From NCBI RefSeq assembly GCF_006345805.1, contig NW_021827500.1:1-33179 (forward strand): DNA of 33,179 bases, read 5' to 3'. Positions 10,746 to 22,660 of this stretch are shown here, in pieces. A program made the position numbers and the translations under genes. The first letter of the stretch is position 1, and each line of letters starts with the position of its first letter. Source of the stretch: Octopus sinensis (lineage: Eukaryota). The notes below the pieces were generated by a model. The model ran no database searches. It had not been told where the DNA came from and saw only the letters and a program-made list of their open reading frames with translations.

Positions 10746-10882
10746 TTATTTATATATATATATATCATATTATAGTTTATATATATGTATATATATACGA
10801 ATGGCTTCTTTCAGCTTCCGTTGCTAAATCCACTCAGAAGGCATTGGTCAGGCCAAGGTTAAAGTAATAGACACTCGTCTAA
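10436..10882 (-). mobile_element. SINE family B lacking its 5' head
   Basis: Reverse complement of the 5545-5995 architecture, including the internal microsatellite. Confidence 0.8.
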
Positions 10883-11206
10883 GGTGTCACTAATTGTGAC
10901 TGACTGAAAAACGCTTAATGCTGTAAGAAGCGTGCAACATATACACACTGACAGAGGAAATATATACTACCACACACTCACACACATGCTACCATACACA
11001 CACACGCTATCATACAAATAAATGCCACTGCGCACACACTCACGCATACACACAGATACCAATCATTCTTCACACTCTTCTGTCCCAGAAAGCACTTTCT
11101 CTTTGTCCATCTACTTCCGGTCATTCCAAAATGGAACTACACGTGGACTGTTGGTGATCGCTTTTCCCTCCTTCATCCTTTTCTTTTGGACTTTCCTATG
11201 TCTCCT

Positions 11207-11241
11207 GTTTCCGAAGAAGCGCTTTGCTCGAAACGTAAAAC
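11207..11241 (+). ncRNA. Minimal hammerhead-like motif (U4C, extra A) in a roughly 11090-11340 short element
   Basis: GTTT-CCGAAGA-A-GCGC-TTT-GCTC-GAAA-CG-TA-AAAC; downstream sequence homologous to 29560-29690 (-). Confidence 0.5.
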
Positions 11242-11364
11242 AACCACTCTTTTCTTTCTCTGAGCGTCTTAATACTTTGCATGTACCACGTACTCGAGTT
11301 GTTGTTTTTTTCTTAGTGTCTTTTTCTCCATTTTTTATTAATTATACACACTCACACACATATA

Positions 11365-11535
11365 CCGAATTTTAACGTGTATAAGGAACCCCCTAATTTG
11401 GGGAGCTTAAAATTTGGAAAAAAAGTTTTGTAAGGGATTATGATACTATTCATGTATATGAAACTCCCATATTTTTTTTACCTAATTTTTTTACTAATAA
11501 GGGTTCCTTATGCCCTTATATACGTTAAAATATGG
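11365..11535. mobile_element. Tc1/pogo-type MITE, 171 bp, TA-flanked
   Basis: TA|CCGAATTTTAACGTGTATAAGG ... CCTTATATACGTTAAAATATGG|TA (19/22 match). Confidence 0.75.
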
Positions 11536-12008
11536 TATATATAAAAGTTGAACGACATAGCAAAAATCATATCCCGAACCCAGGAAGTTTATGCAAACGC
11601 TCCAAGACACCCAGAAATTCCTGTGCGTGAATTTGTTTCGAGTAGATAAAGGGTTGCACAGCATTGAACATGCAGTGACACAACGGGGCTGAAACGACCA
11701 GAAACGAACTGCAGTTCAGAGTTTCTTATACACGTTTGATTTCTAGATTGAAATTCTAAGGAGAACTAGAGGTTCTTCACTTCCAGTGGTTCACATAGCT
11801 GGGACCCTGACAGCTAGAGTTAGACCTGACAACAATAGTGGCTAAGAAATAACTCCACATTCCTTAGAACACTGGAACACTGAACCGAGGCCCTACTGAG
11901 AGATGCTGTTTAAAATCATATACAGCACACACACACCACACACACACACAACCACACCACACAGGGATACATATCGAGAGACAGTGAAATTTATATATAT
12001 ATACATAC

Positions 12009-12041
<33 letters not shown>

Positions 12042-12063
12042 ATAATATATATATATATACATA

Positions 12064-12260
12064 CACGCTGGATAAAATGCTTAGCGGCATTTCGTCTGTC
12101 TTTACGTTCTGAGTTCAAACTCGGCCGAGGTCGACTTTGCCATCCATCCTTTCGGAGTCGATAAATTAAGTACCAGTGCAGCACTGGGGTCGATGTCATC
12201 GACACTAGTCCCCTTCCCCAAAATTTCAGGCCTTGTGCCTCGCCTCTAGTAGAAAGGATA
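12064..12260 (+). mobile_element. SINE family A, 5'-truncated
   Basis: Core GAGGTCGACTTTGCCATCCATCCTTTCGGAGTCGATAAATTAAGTACC. Confidence 0.8.
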
Positions 12261-12639
12261 TATATATGTATACATATATAGATATACATATACATATATT
12301 CATATATAAATATATGTATCTATGTATGTAATGTATGTGTATATATATATATATGGAGAGAACGAAAGAATGAAGGAAAGAAAGGAAACGGGAAAGAAAG
12401 AACCGTATAGGTCGGGAGTGATTCTATTACTTATAGTGAAATGACTTCAAATCATTCTCCTCCTCCTCCTCCTCCTCTTTCACCTGCTTCTTTCTTCTTC
12501 CCTCTTACAATGGACCGACGGCTTGAACTCATCAATTAATTGTAGTAAGATCGTTACATGAAGTAAGTAATGGTTGCATTCAATGTTCAGAGGGTATAAA
12601 ACATGGCGGCAGTGGGGGTGGGGTGGGTAGTTATGTGGG

Positions 12640-13020
12640 AGCGTGCAGGCAGAAGGGGATGAGGAGAAGGAGTAGGAAGGCGAAGGACGGTGGGAAGGAT
12701 CTGGAGGGTGAGGAGGAAGAGGAGAAAAAGATGAAAATGACGAAGAGATGATGAAGATGATGATGCGGGTGGTGGTGGTGGTGGTGATTCTGGTGGTGTG
12801 GTGGTGGTGGCGGCGGTGGTGGTGGCGGCGGCGGTGGTGTTGGCGGCGGCGGTGGTGGTGGTTGAGAAAGAAGGATGAGAAGAAGATGGAGGAGGAGGAG
12901 AAGGAGAAGTAGAAGAAGAAGAAGAAGAAGAAAGAAGAAGAAGAAGAAGAAGAAGAAGAAGAAGAAAGAAGAAGAAGAAGAAGAAGAAGGGAGGAGGAGG
13001 AGCGAAAAGCAAGAGGAGAA
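12640..13020. repeat. Purine-rich compound trinucleotide tract (GGA/GAT/GGT/GGC/GAA)
   Basis: Direct reading. Confidence 0.95.
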
Positions 13021-13562
13021 AAAAGGGAAATGAAGGAAGATGGGGACAATATAGCAATTTGTGCTAATTTAAACATTTAAACCTGAGTAAATTAGCCAAT
13101 TACCCAATAGCATCAATTTAGTTAATCTCTGATACGTAGCGGTGGCGGTAAATTGGTATGTTAAATCATGTTACTCTCCGCCGCCATATTGCCAGATGAC
13201 AAGATAAAGCAGATAAGGCAACTTGCTCACTGAATGACTTTGGGAAACGTAATCGAGTAAAGCCGAAACGCCGCCATCATCATCATCATCATCATCATGA
13301 TCATCATCGTCAACGTATTCATCGTCGTCGTCATCTTCGTGGTACTGATCGTGGTAGTCGTGGTGGTCGTGGTATTCACCACTCGCACACAATGCGTGCA
13401 AAAGCGGTAATGAAATGACTAAACGTATATATATATATATAATATATATATATCGAGTTCACGGCGTTGCATGTCTGTGTGCGCATGCGCGCGTGTGTGT
13501 GTGTGTGTGTGTGGTGTGTGCATGTGTGTGTTTGTCGGTCTATATATACATGTATGTATGCA

Positions 13563-13595
<33 letters not shown>

Positions 13596-13635
13596 GCATA
13601 TATATATATATATATATGCATATATATATACATAC

Positions 13636-13670
<35 letters not shown>

Positions 13671-13845
13671 TGTATATATATATATATATATATATATAAT
13701 TGACAACGAAGAGGGGATTGGAGATTAATTCACATCCCAAACTTTTTATTAAATAGTTTTCTACACCATATATATAACAATGACCAACTATGTATGTGTG
13801 TGTGTCTGTGTGTGTGTACGTGTATACATATGAGTATATGGAAGA

Positions 13846-13864
13846 TAGATAGACAGATAGATAG

Positions 13865-13946
<82 letters not shown>

Positions 13947-13955
13947 TAGATAGAT
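13846..13955. repeat. (GATA)n microsatellite
   Basis: Direct reading. Confidence 0.98.
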
Positions 13956-14189
13956 TGATTAATAGAGGTGAGTGAGAGATGGAGAGAAAGAGGAGTTGCA
14001 GGAATGGTCGAGTAGTCAAGAATTTTGCTTCGCTCCGTTTTCAATCTTACCGTACAGCAATTGAACAAGTGTCTTCACCATAATTTCAAACGTTCTCCAA
14101 CTTTGTGAGTAAAAGAACTGTGCCGATGGAAACTGTGTGGATGTCCGTCGTGCATTTACTTCTACCAATTCTAAATGAGAATCACGTTA

Positions 14190-14990
14190 ATGTTATGCAT
14201 GTCTGCGGAATACTCAGCCACTTACACGCAAATTATTAGCTTATGCAAGTGCGGTCAGTTGAAAACCCCTACAAAGCGAATACCTGGAATTTTCAGGGGT
14301 CATCAAGAGAAAATACGCACCATTTCGAGGCCTTCCTCCAAACGCTTTCACACCGCACCGGCGTCCCTCGTTGATCTGAGCCTGTACGTAATGGTTTGAG
14401 TGATTAGTATTCGATCTCAAGTCCATTGGGAATCAGACCTCTGCAGCCAGGTTTCATCATTCCTTTACAGCTATATCCAGTAGTTGGCTCTTTCAACTGT
14501 CCCCTGTGTCTCCTTCAAGATGTCGCATACTTGACGATGGCTGACGCCAACAGATAGCTGCCGTCGTCTCAGTCTGGTTCCAGTAAAAACCCCTGCATCC
14601 AACTTCTGTAGAAAAGTACACTGCCAACAGTTTTCTATGTAAACTTCTTGTATCATTTCACAACGCTCGTCTTTCCAAATCTGAACTACATAAATATTGT
14701 CTTCGCGAGGCACAGTTAATTCAAGAACGTGTACTATCATACCTTCATTATACCAAACTGCCGTATCTAGAGTCTTCCCAGTTGGCATTGAATAAATGCG
14801 TTCACATCCTACAATATTTGCTGCCACCGTTTGCTGTCATCCTTCTACGGTTTCTGGCTACCATTGATCGTTCCATCTACTTACAGAACATTTTGAGAAC
14901 TTCATTGCGTTCCTGATTATAACTTCCAATGCAATTGAGTAGTGCCAGTGGAGAAGACACCTCAACCCTCTTCTCAAAGCTCGTTATTGC
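14190..14990 (-). mobile_element. Decayed RLE-type non-LTR retrotransposon 3' end (HERO/NeSL-like)
   Basis: GSYNQERNEVLK (cf. GRYTWRHNQVL), PTGKTLDTAVWY..VLELTVPREDNI..ERANYWI (cf. PTSLRPDIVLWS..ELTVPWE..AERASxWIW), followed by a putative 3' UTR. Confidence 0.75.
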
Positions 14991-15209
14991 TTAACAGCCC
15001 TTACCGTTTATTTTTACTGTTTTGTTCTCACTGTCCTGTTTTTGTCACCATTTTAACACTCTGCGAATCCCAAATTTTTTCAAATTTGCTTTCCATGTTT
15101 TTGTTTTTTATGTTCGCGTTTCGCATTTTGTTCACTTTTTTTGGCATCCTGTACCCATATATGCATGTATATATACATATGTATATAGGTGTGCACATAT
15201 ATGTAAGTA

Positions 15210-16468
15210 CGAGGGACGTTCAATAAGTAATGCCCCTGACCCACTTGCAGTTGTTTGATCTAGCTGAAATTTATATCTCTATAGATTAAGTGGCGAATTA
15301 CAACTCTGAACTAATTGTGGTTTCTGATTTACAGGTGTTTGAACTGAGTCAAGTGTGAAATGGAGTCTGTTGAGTGTCGATCAGTGATCCGGTTTTTGTA
15401 TTTGAAAGGACGTACACCACGGGATACTTTTGGCGAAATGAAAGTAACTTATGGTGATGATGCCCCATCATATGACCCTTAAAACGCTGGCATCGTGAAT
15501 TCAAACATGGTCGGAACTCTGTGGAAACAGCTCCCATATCTGGTCCCCCCCACTTCTGCCGTTGATGAGGCATCTGTCCGTCAAGTTGAGGCTGCCATTT
15601 TGCAAGATCGACGCATAACTATTCGCAAAATAGCCCATGAGGTCAAGATTAGTACCGGGTCTATGGAAACTATCATTCATGACCATTTGCATATGCAAAA
15701 GGTGTCTGCCAGATGGATTCCCAGGTTGTTCACACCTTTCCAGAAGCAAGAACGCGTCGAGTGCTCGAGGATAAATTTGGAGATGTGCCGAGAAGATGAG
15801 TCAAAATTTTTCAAAAGACTGATTACACAGGTTGAAACCTGGGTCCATCACTATGATCCAGAGACCAAAGCCCAGTCAATGCAGTGGAAGCACCGTGACT
15901 CACCTCCTGCAAAGAAGGCAAGGGTGCAGCCCTCCGCTGGCAAGGTCATGCTCACAGTCTTCTGGGACCAGGACGGAGTAGTGATGACAGATTTCCTGGC
16001 AAAGGGTACCACAATTACAGGAGCCTATTATGCTTCACTTTTGAGGAAATTAAGAGAAGCTATCAAAATCAAGAGGCGGGGCAAGATCAGCAAAGGCATC
16101 CTCCTGCAGGACAACGCTCCACAACTCGCGTGTCGCCAGATCAGAAGCACAGGCGTGCGGCTATGAACTCATCCCCCATCCCCCTACTCTCCTAACCTTG
16201 CACCCTCTGATTTTCACCTCTTCCCAGCCATGAAGTTGTTTTTGAAAGGAAAGCGTTTCCCAGATGATGCAGCCTTGATTTCTGAAATCACGTCGTGGTT
16301 GGAGGACCAAGCTGGGGTCTTCTACAAAGACGGTCTCCAGAGCTGCATCAAACGATGGGAAAAATGCGTAACTCTGGGTGGTTCCTCTGTAGAAAAAGAC
16401 TAATAATTGTGCCAAGTTTCGTTGCTATGGGAAGTGGGTCAGGGGCATTACTTATTGAACGCCCCTCG
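15210..16468 (+). mobile_element. Full-length mariner DNA transposon (irritans-like TIR), inactive
   Basis: 37-bp TIRs 15210-15246 and 16432-16468 with one mismatch; TA on both sides (15208-9, 16469-70); 1259 bp. Confidence 0.97.
15360..16403 (+). pseudogene. Mariner D,D34D transposase pseudogene
   Basis: MESVECRSVIRFL..., WIPRLF, ITQ(V)ETWVHHYDPETK, KVMLTVFWD, QDNAP, HPPYSPNLAPSDFHLF, RWEKCV...EKD*. Frameshifts near 15478, 15550, 16120 and 16183; first catalytic Asp is Val (GTT 15831-15833). Confidence 0.95.
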
Positions 16469-16601
16469 TATATATGCATTTATATATTATATATGCTATT
16501 ATGTATGTTTGTATGTATGTTTGTATGTATGTATGTATGTATGTATGTATGTATGTATGTATGTATGTATGTATGTATGTATGTATGCATGAATGTGTGT
16601 A

Positions 16602-16643
<42 letters not shown>

Positions 16644-17287
16644 ATATATGTGCGTGTGTGTCCTCATTAGAGATTATATAATCCAAGGTATTCCACTGGT
16701 TTATTCTCCATTTTCTTCTTGTTTTTATATATATGTATATATATATACATACATACATACATACATACATACATACATACATACATAAATACGTATGTAC
16801 GTATATATATTGAAATATGTGTTAGAAGCAGCTCGAGGAATACAAACAATATCGAACACACATACACGAGGTATATGTTTTGCCTGTTCGTGGGTAGGCT
16901 GCGACGTATAGGTGTAAGAGAATATATCCTCATGAACTCACCTGATGTTAAAACTTCTGGAAGTTATAGACAAGCGAGATAACTCACATTGAGACCCTTT
17001 GAGGGACCTGATGTGAGTTACCTCGCATCATGTATCTATGATTTCCATGTGTTTTATTTATATATACATTTATACACACACATACACACACACACACAAC
17101 ACACAACACACACATATATATATATATATCTATATATATATATATATATAATATATATACTAATAAGATACCGCGCCATGCTCAAAATAGTAACCAAAAT
17201 CTGACTCTAAAACCACATTAAATGTTCATACAGCACAAGGAGAGAAGATAAAAAGACAAAATAAAACTACCAAAAAATTACTGGATA

Positions 17288-17345
17288 ATTCCAGATCCCG
17301 GATTTCTGACTTTGCATTTAGAAATGCTTTGCCTCATCTCGTAGA
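17288..17345 (-). ncRNA. Hammerhead remnant with intact 3' half, in a 17170-17450 short element
   Basis: GATGA-GGC..GTC-A-GAAA-TCCGGGA-TC-TGGAAT; homologous to 2531-2587. Confidence 0.45.
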
Positions 17346-17470
17346 TACCCTAAATTATAATTTTAATAATAATTATTACATTTGAAGGTTTTTATTTCCA
17401 TGCTCGCCTCTTGATAAGATCGTTATTTAATTAAAATTAACTATCTTATCCTTATACATATATATATATA

Positions 17471-17635
17471 TACGACGGGCTTCTTTCAACTTCGTCTGCC
17501 AAATCCACTCACAAGTTTTTGATCGACCCAAGGCTATAGTAGCAAACACTTGCCTAAAGTATCACGCAGTGGGACTGAACCAGGAACCATGTGATCGGGA
17601 AGCAAGCTTATTATCACAAAGCCACGCATGCGCCT
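17471..17635 (-). mobile_element. SINE family B, 5' half
   Basis: Reverse complement of AGGCGCA..TGGTTCCTGGTTCAGTCCCACTG..GAAAGAAGCCCGTCGTA. Confidence 0.8.
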
Positions 17636-18149
17636 CGTCATTTTGTTAAAAGAAAGTAAGGTGTTGTTTGAAGAAGGTTTAGCTGTTATATCCAGCACGC
17701 GGAGCTACCACACAGAAATCCTCCCGCTCGTCGGTGAGAGTTGCATTCTATCTTAGCGCCATCTTTGACGTAGTTTTTACTTCGCCACCATCTTTGATTT
17801 TCTACCATTTATAAATAGATGCCTGTGAATCAAGGATGTTTGTAAGATAAAACTGAAAATTAATCAACCAATTAACGAAAGGGAAGTCATAACGGTCAAA
17901 GGAAAGACTTAGAGCGAAGCATATTGTATATATATTTTTTTATATTTCGATTTTTTGTTTTTTTGTTGTTGTTGTTGTTGTTGTTGTTTACGATGAATTT
18001 TCAGAACAAACAGCAGACCACAAGAACGATATCCTGAGGGAATGTAACTCACCGACAACCGTGACAGAGCTTGACACCGAAATTTACAACTTAATTATAC
18101 GTTTCTGTCAGAAATCGAACAACGAAAACAGAAAAGAATACGAACATAA

Positions 18150-18252
18150 GCTAACAACAACAACAATAATAATAAAACTAATAATGATAATAAACATCAT
18201 GATGATGATGATAATGATGATGATGATGATACAAAAGATAATAATAATAATA

Positions 18253-18309
<57 letters not shown>

Positions 18310-18310
18310 A

Positions 18311-18342
<32 letters not shown>

Positions 18343-18350
18343 ATAATATA

Positions 18351-18397
<47 letters not shown>

Positions 18398-18430
18398 TAA
18401 TAATAATAATTAATAATAATAATAATAATA
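18150..18430. repeat. (AAT)n/(GAT)n compound microsatellite
   Basis: Direct reading. Confidence 0.98.
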
Positions 18431-19095
18431 GCATAGCGTTAAAAGATTTAATTAAAAATGCTGTGTCCTCTGACACATAAATTCATTAACTAAGATATAC
18501 TCTGTTGCAGCTATTATTGCGCGGGAAAGAAGAGGAGCAAGATGTATGTAAGGGACAGCAAAAATTAAGAAGAACTAAGAAGACCTAAAGAGTCTCACTT
18601 GATTCTTTTAATAAAAGCATTCCTGAGTGGGGAATGAAAATCTAAAGGGTTAATTGGAATGCTGAAATCAGAGGATCACCATATTAGATGTTAGGTGAAA
18701 TTTCCCGAGGAAACACGATAAACCCGAGGAAAGAAAAGATGGACCTCTCACCTTTAGAAATAATGACGGCTTCAGACAAATATTACAATAAACCAAAAAG
18801 GAAGAAACAATGAAAAATACGGAATGAAAACAGGGAAAAAAGGACAAAATAATATATAATAAAATACATACGGTTCTTTAGAGAGAAGAATATGAAGAAT
18901 TTCAGTCGCGAAATACAAAAAAATATATATATTAATGAGAAATTCTTCGACAATTGCTTTTTGTCTCTGACATTGAAAGACATAAGGAAAATGGATATAA
19001 AGTGTAATAAAATATTAAAGTAATTCCTGTTGATTTTGCGGGGTGGGAAAAAAAAAAAAAGAATTATAGTGGCGTGATTTAGTGCTTTAGTAATT

Positions 19096-19330
19096 GCGTG
19101 GCTTAGCGGTTAAGATGTTACGCACATGGTAGTAAGACTGTGGGTTCAATTCCTGGACTGGGCGATACGTTGTGTTTTTTTTGTTTGTTTTCTTTTTTTT
19201 GAGCGAAGCATTTCGTTTCGCATTGCTCCAGTCCCACTCAGCTTGCAAAAGTGAGTTGCAAGGAACCGGCGTCCCACCCGGCGGAGGAATATATACGCCA
19301 CGGAATCCTGGAAAATGGCCTTGTGAGCCT
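19096..19330 (+). mobile_element. SINE family C (tRNA head), diverged
   Basis: A box TGGCTTAGCGG, B box GGTTCAATTCC, core TTGCTCCAGTCCCACTCAGC shared with 27973-28296. Confidence 0.7.
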
Positions 19331-19509
19331 ATAGCTGAGGAAGGACCTTTGGTAATTTTGGTTCAATTGTTACCGTGCTGGGCACACAAACATATGTCTG
19401 TGGGTTCTATTCCTAAACAAGGAAATTCTGTTGTCTTTTTGAGCAAAGCGCACCGATTCCCGATGCTTCGGTGTACTCACCAGAAAATGAGAACCTGCAC
19501 ACTGCTGTT

Positions 19510-19547
<38 letters not shown>

Positions 19548-19745
19548 CACGAATTGGAACATTAGCCCCCTTGTTCGAGGTATAAGGGCGCCGTTGTGCG
19601 TCGATAGTCAGCAAGAAAAGATGTTTTCCTGGGGCTGAAAAAAGGTAACACCGTCCTAATCAGGACTGCCACTTTACGTTGGCAAATAGACTTTACTCCA
19701 TCCCTCTCTCTCTCTATATATATATATATATGTGTGTGTGTGTAT

Positions 19746-19948
19746 AAGCACAAAGCCTGAAATTTGAGGAAGGCGCTAGTCGATTATATCGAGCCCAATG
19801 CTAAACTTGCACTTATTTCATTGACCCTGAAAGGGTAAAAAGGTAAAGACGACCTCGGTGGAATTTGAACTCAGAGTGCAAACACAGATGAAATGCCACT
19901 AAACATTTTGTCTGCCGCGCTAACGATTCCGCCAACCCAACGCCTTAT
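19746..19948 (-). mobile_element. SINE family A
   Basis: Reverse complement of the family A consensus. Confidence 0.75.
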
Positions 19949-20030
19949 ATAGCGCAGGCAATATATTTATGTATATATGTGAGGATGTTTTTATGAGTGA
20001 ATATATAATATATATACATATATATGTTTT

Positions 20031-20203
20031 ACATACCTACATACATGCATACATACATACATACATACATACATACATACATACATACATACATACATAC
20101 ATACATACATACATAAATACATGCATACATACATACATACATGCATACATACATACATACATACATACACATACATACATACATACATACATATATACAT
20201 ACA
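20031..20203. repeat. (CATA)n microsatellite
   Basis: Direct reading. Confidence 0.98.
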
Positions 20204-20458
20204 TATCATTGCTATTATGTTAAACTGTCGCATGTTCAAATTTGGCCAAGTGTCTTTTTCTTTCAATATTCATTTTTGCTTGCAATAGCCGATTTTTTTG
20301 GTAAAACAATCATTTCTCCAGCTGCTTCAGATGCCAAGGCATCAAAAACTGTCGAAATGTTGTACAACGGTTTTGCTATGGAATGGTGAAACTACTTTTA
20401 CACTTTCTGAAAAAGCATCGTTTTCAACATACGACACTTTTGCATAATAGCAACGATA
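20204..20458. mobile_element. MITE-like element with 37-bp imperfect TIRs inside microsatellite
   Basis: TATCATTGCTATTATGTTAAACTGTCGCATGTTCAAA versus the reverse complement of the right end, 31/37 match. Confidence 0.7.
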
Positions 20459-20486
20459 TATATATATAATATATATATATATATAT

Positions 20487-20527
20487 GCAAACTGACGAAG
20501 GGTAACTACCCTGAAACTAGTCTCTGA
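20487..20527 (+). ncRNA. Type I minimal hammerhead with intact catalytic core, at the start of a roughly 270-bp island between (TA)n tracts
   Basis: GCAAA-CTGACGA-AGGGT-AACT-ACCCT-GAAA-CTAG-TC-TCTGA; stem I has an A.C mismatch. Confidence 0.65.
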
Positions 20528-20761
20528 ATGCTGGCTTTGTTGGTTGGAGGTGCTTTTCTCCCCTGTTTGAAAACTTAAGGACACAGAACGCTTGTGTCAC
20601 ATACCAAACTAGAGACAGTATTTCTTGGGCTAAATAGCAGTAACATTCTTCCCTTTCCTGGAACTGCCACATTAAGTTGGCAACAAATTATCACTTTATC
20701 GTGCTGCTACTGCATAACTCTCTCTGAGAGATTTAGAAATGCAGTATTTCTAATTATATAT

Positions 20762-20879
<118 letters not shown>

Positions 20880-21057
20880 TGTCAACGTCTTAAGAATAAG
20901 AAAGTTCCGGAAGATCGTCAAACTCCAAAAGGAGATTTTCAGCCCAATATTTTCATGTTATTCTTTATAGCGTTATGTTCTGTGAGCAGAGGATTCGAAC
21001 GTGAGCATCTGAGCATTGTTGTTTTTCGTCATCGGAGAACATACCTTATCTTAAGAG

Positions 21058-21288
21058 CAGTGATTCTCAATCATTTTGTTACTTTTATTCTACTGGACCT
21101 CATTACCATTCGATGTTTAAGCAATTCCTTTTATACTTAAATATTATTTAAGAATTGTTTAAAAGAAATTGTTAAAATCTTTTTGTGTATCCCAGAAATT
21201 TAAGGAATTTATTGCGCATAAACTTTAACAACAAAATCTTATATGGACCACTCCCTAGTGTCATGTAACTCCCGGTTGAAAACCAGTA
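21058..21288. mobile_element. Possible hAT (Charlie-like) MITE
   Basis: CAGTGATTCTCAA ... GGTTGAAAACCAGTA resembles CAGTGGTTCTCAACC termini; no clear 8-bp TSD. Confidence 0.45.
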
Positions 21289-21323
21289 CTTTCATAACAC
21301 GTGACTCACTAGTGTAAGGAGAT

Positions 21324-21372
21324 TTTGAGACTCTGCGGTGTTTCAGCCTTAATGTATGTCTCGTCAGTCAAA
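21324..21372 (-). ncRNA. Type I hammerhead candidate with weak stem II
   Basis: TTTGA-CTGACGA-GAC..GCT-GAAA-CACCGCAGAG-TC-TCAAA; perfect 5-bp stem I; GUC site. Confidence 0.5.
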
Positions 21373-21807
21373 TCTACCCCGCTGGTTTGATGATTCTAAC
21401 AACGGCACAGAATCTTGTTAGTAATAGTCTGTTTACCTGTTTATGTTTCAGTCACGATTTCCAAGAGTGATGTTAGCGAAGGAGGGAGGGAGGACGCTAT
21501 CCTCAAACTGGGGCCCTGGACTGAATACCTGCAACAGAGTGTACCCCAAGAAGCTAACACATAATCAGTAAGCAAAACAATAGATGAGCCTTCTTCCATC
21601 TATCTTTACTTGTTTCAATCACTGGAATACGGCTTTGCTGGAGCACTGTCTTGAAGAATTTAGTCGAACAAATCGACCTTAATGATTTAAAACATTTATT
21701 CTGTTTGCCTTTTTCACCGAAATGCTAATTTTGTCCAACCAGTCGCCATGATTGACAGCTAACTCCACAAGTTTTTTTAATCTTTCTCAGTTTATTTCCT
21801 CGTGTTC

Positions 21808-21843
21808 CTTTCTGTTGAAGAGCGTAGGTTCAAATCATAAAAG
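21808..21843 (+). ncRNA. Degenerate hammerhead-like motif
   Basis: CTTT-CTGTTGAA-GAGC-GTAG-GTTC-AAATCATA-AAAG; homologous to 1436-1471. Confidence 0.3.
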
Positions 21844-22134
21844 ACTTTCTCACTTTCCCCAGCGTCAAACTAATATATATATATAAGCATGTTTTAATAC
21901 ATACAAATATACATAGATATTAAATATTTTCATACAATTAAAATGTGTTGAAAAACAGCCAAAATCTCGAAATAAATAACAATTCGTCATCATTTTGGGA
22001 TTTATTTCTTATTTTGTTCATTTTCTATTTGTGTATCTTTTTAGTTATTCATCATTTTTATTTTCTGTTTTTTTAATTTTATTTTGTGATTTCCCTGGTT
22101 TTGATGCTAACGTTCTTTATATTTTCTTCTTTTT

Positions 22135-22181
22135 CTCATCCCCGTTTTTCTTCTGCACTTTCTTTGTCGTCGTCGTCGTCG

Positions 22182-22252
<71 letters not shown>

Positions 22253-22660
22253 TTCTTCTTCTTCTTCTTCACTGTCGTCTTCGTCCTATATTTTCCTCCC
22301 TTTATGTTTTCTTCATCTTTTAGCATTCCCTTATTGCCCTTCATTTTCATCATCATCATCATCATTATCATCATCAATATCATCATCATCATCTTCTTTT
22401 TCTTCTTCGCCTCCTCCTCCTCCTCCTTTTTCTTCTTCTTCTTCTTCTTCTTCTTCTTCTTCTTCTTCTTCTTCTTCTTCTTCTGCATTGTCGTCTTCGC
22501 CATATATTTTCCTCCCTTTATCATATTTCCCTTTATCTTCTTTATCATCATCATCATGATCATTATCATCATTTTCTTCTTCTTCTTCTTCTTCTTCTTC
22601 TTCTTCTTCTTCTTCTTCTTCTTTTTTCCTCTTTTCTTTCCCGTCTCTTCTTTGTCGTCC
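22135..22660. repeat. Compound (TCG)/(TCA)/(TCT) tract with higher-order duplication
   Basis: Spacer TGTCGTCTTCG..ATATTTTCCTCCCTTTAT occurs twice (about 22273 and 22488). Confidence 0.9.

Noticed and set aside
12480-13076. 198-aa and 156-aa Ser/His/Pro/Thr-rich ORFs
   Set aside because: Translations of a compound microsatellite.
13229-13260. CTGAATGA..GAAACGTA
   Set aside because: No stem II or stem I pairing; chance match.
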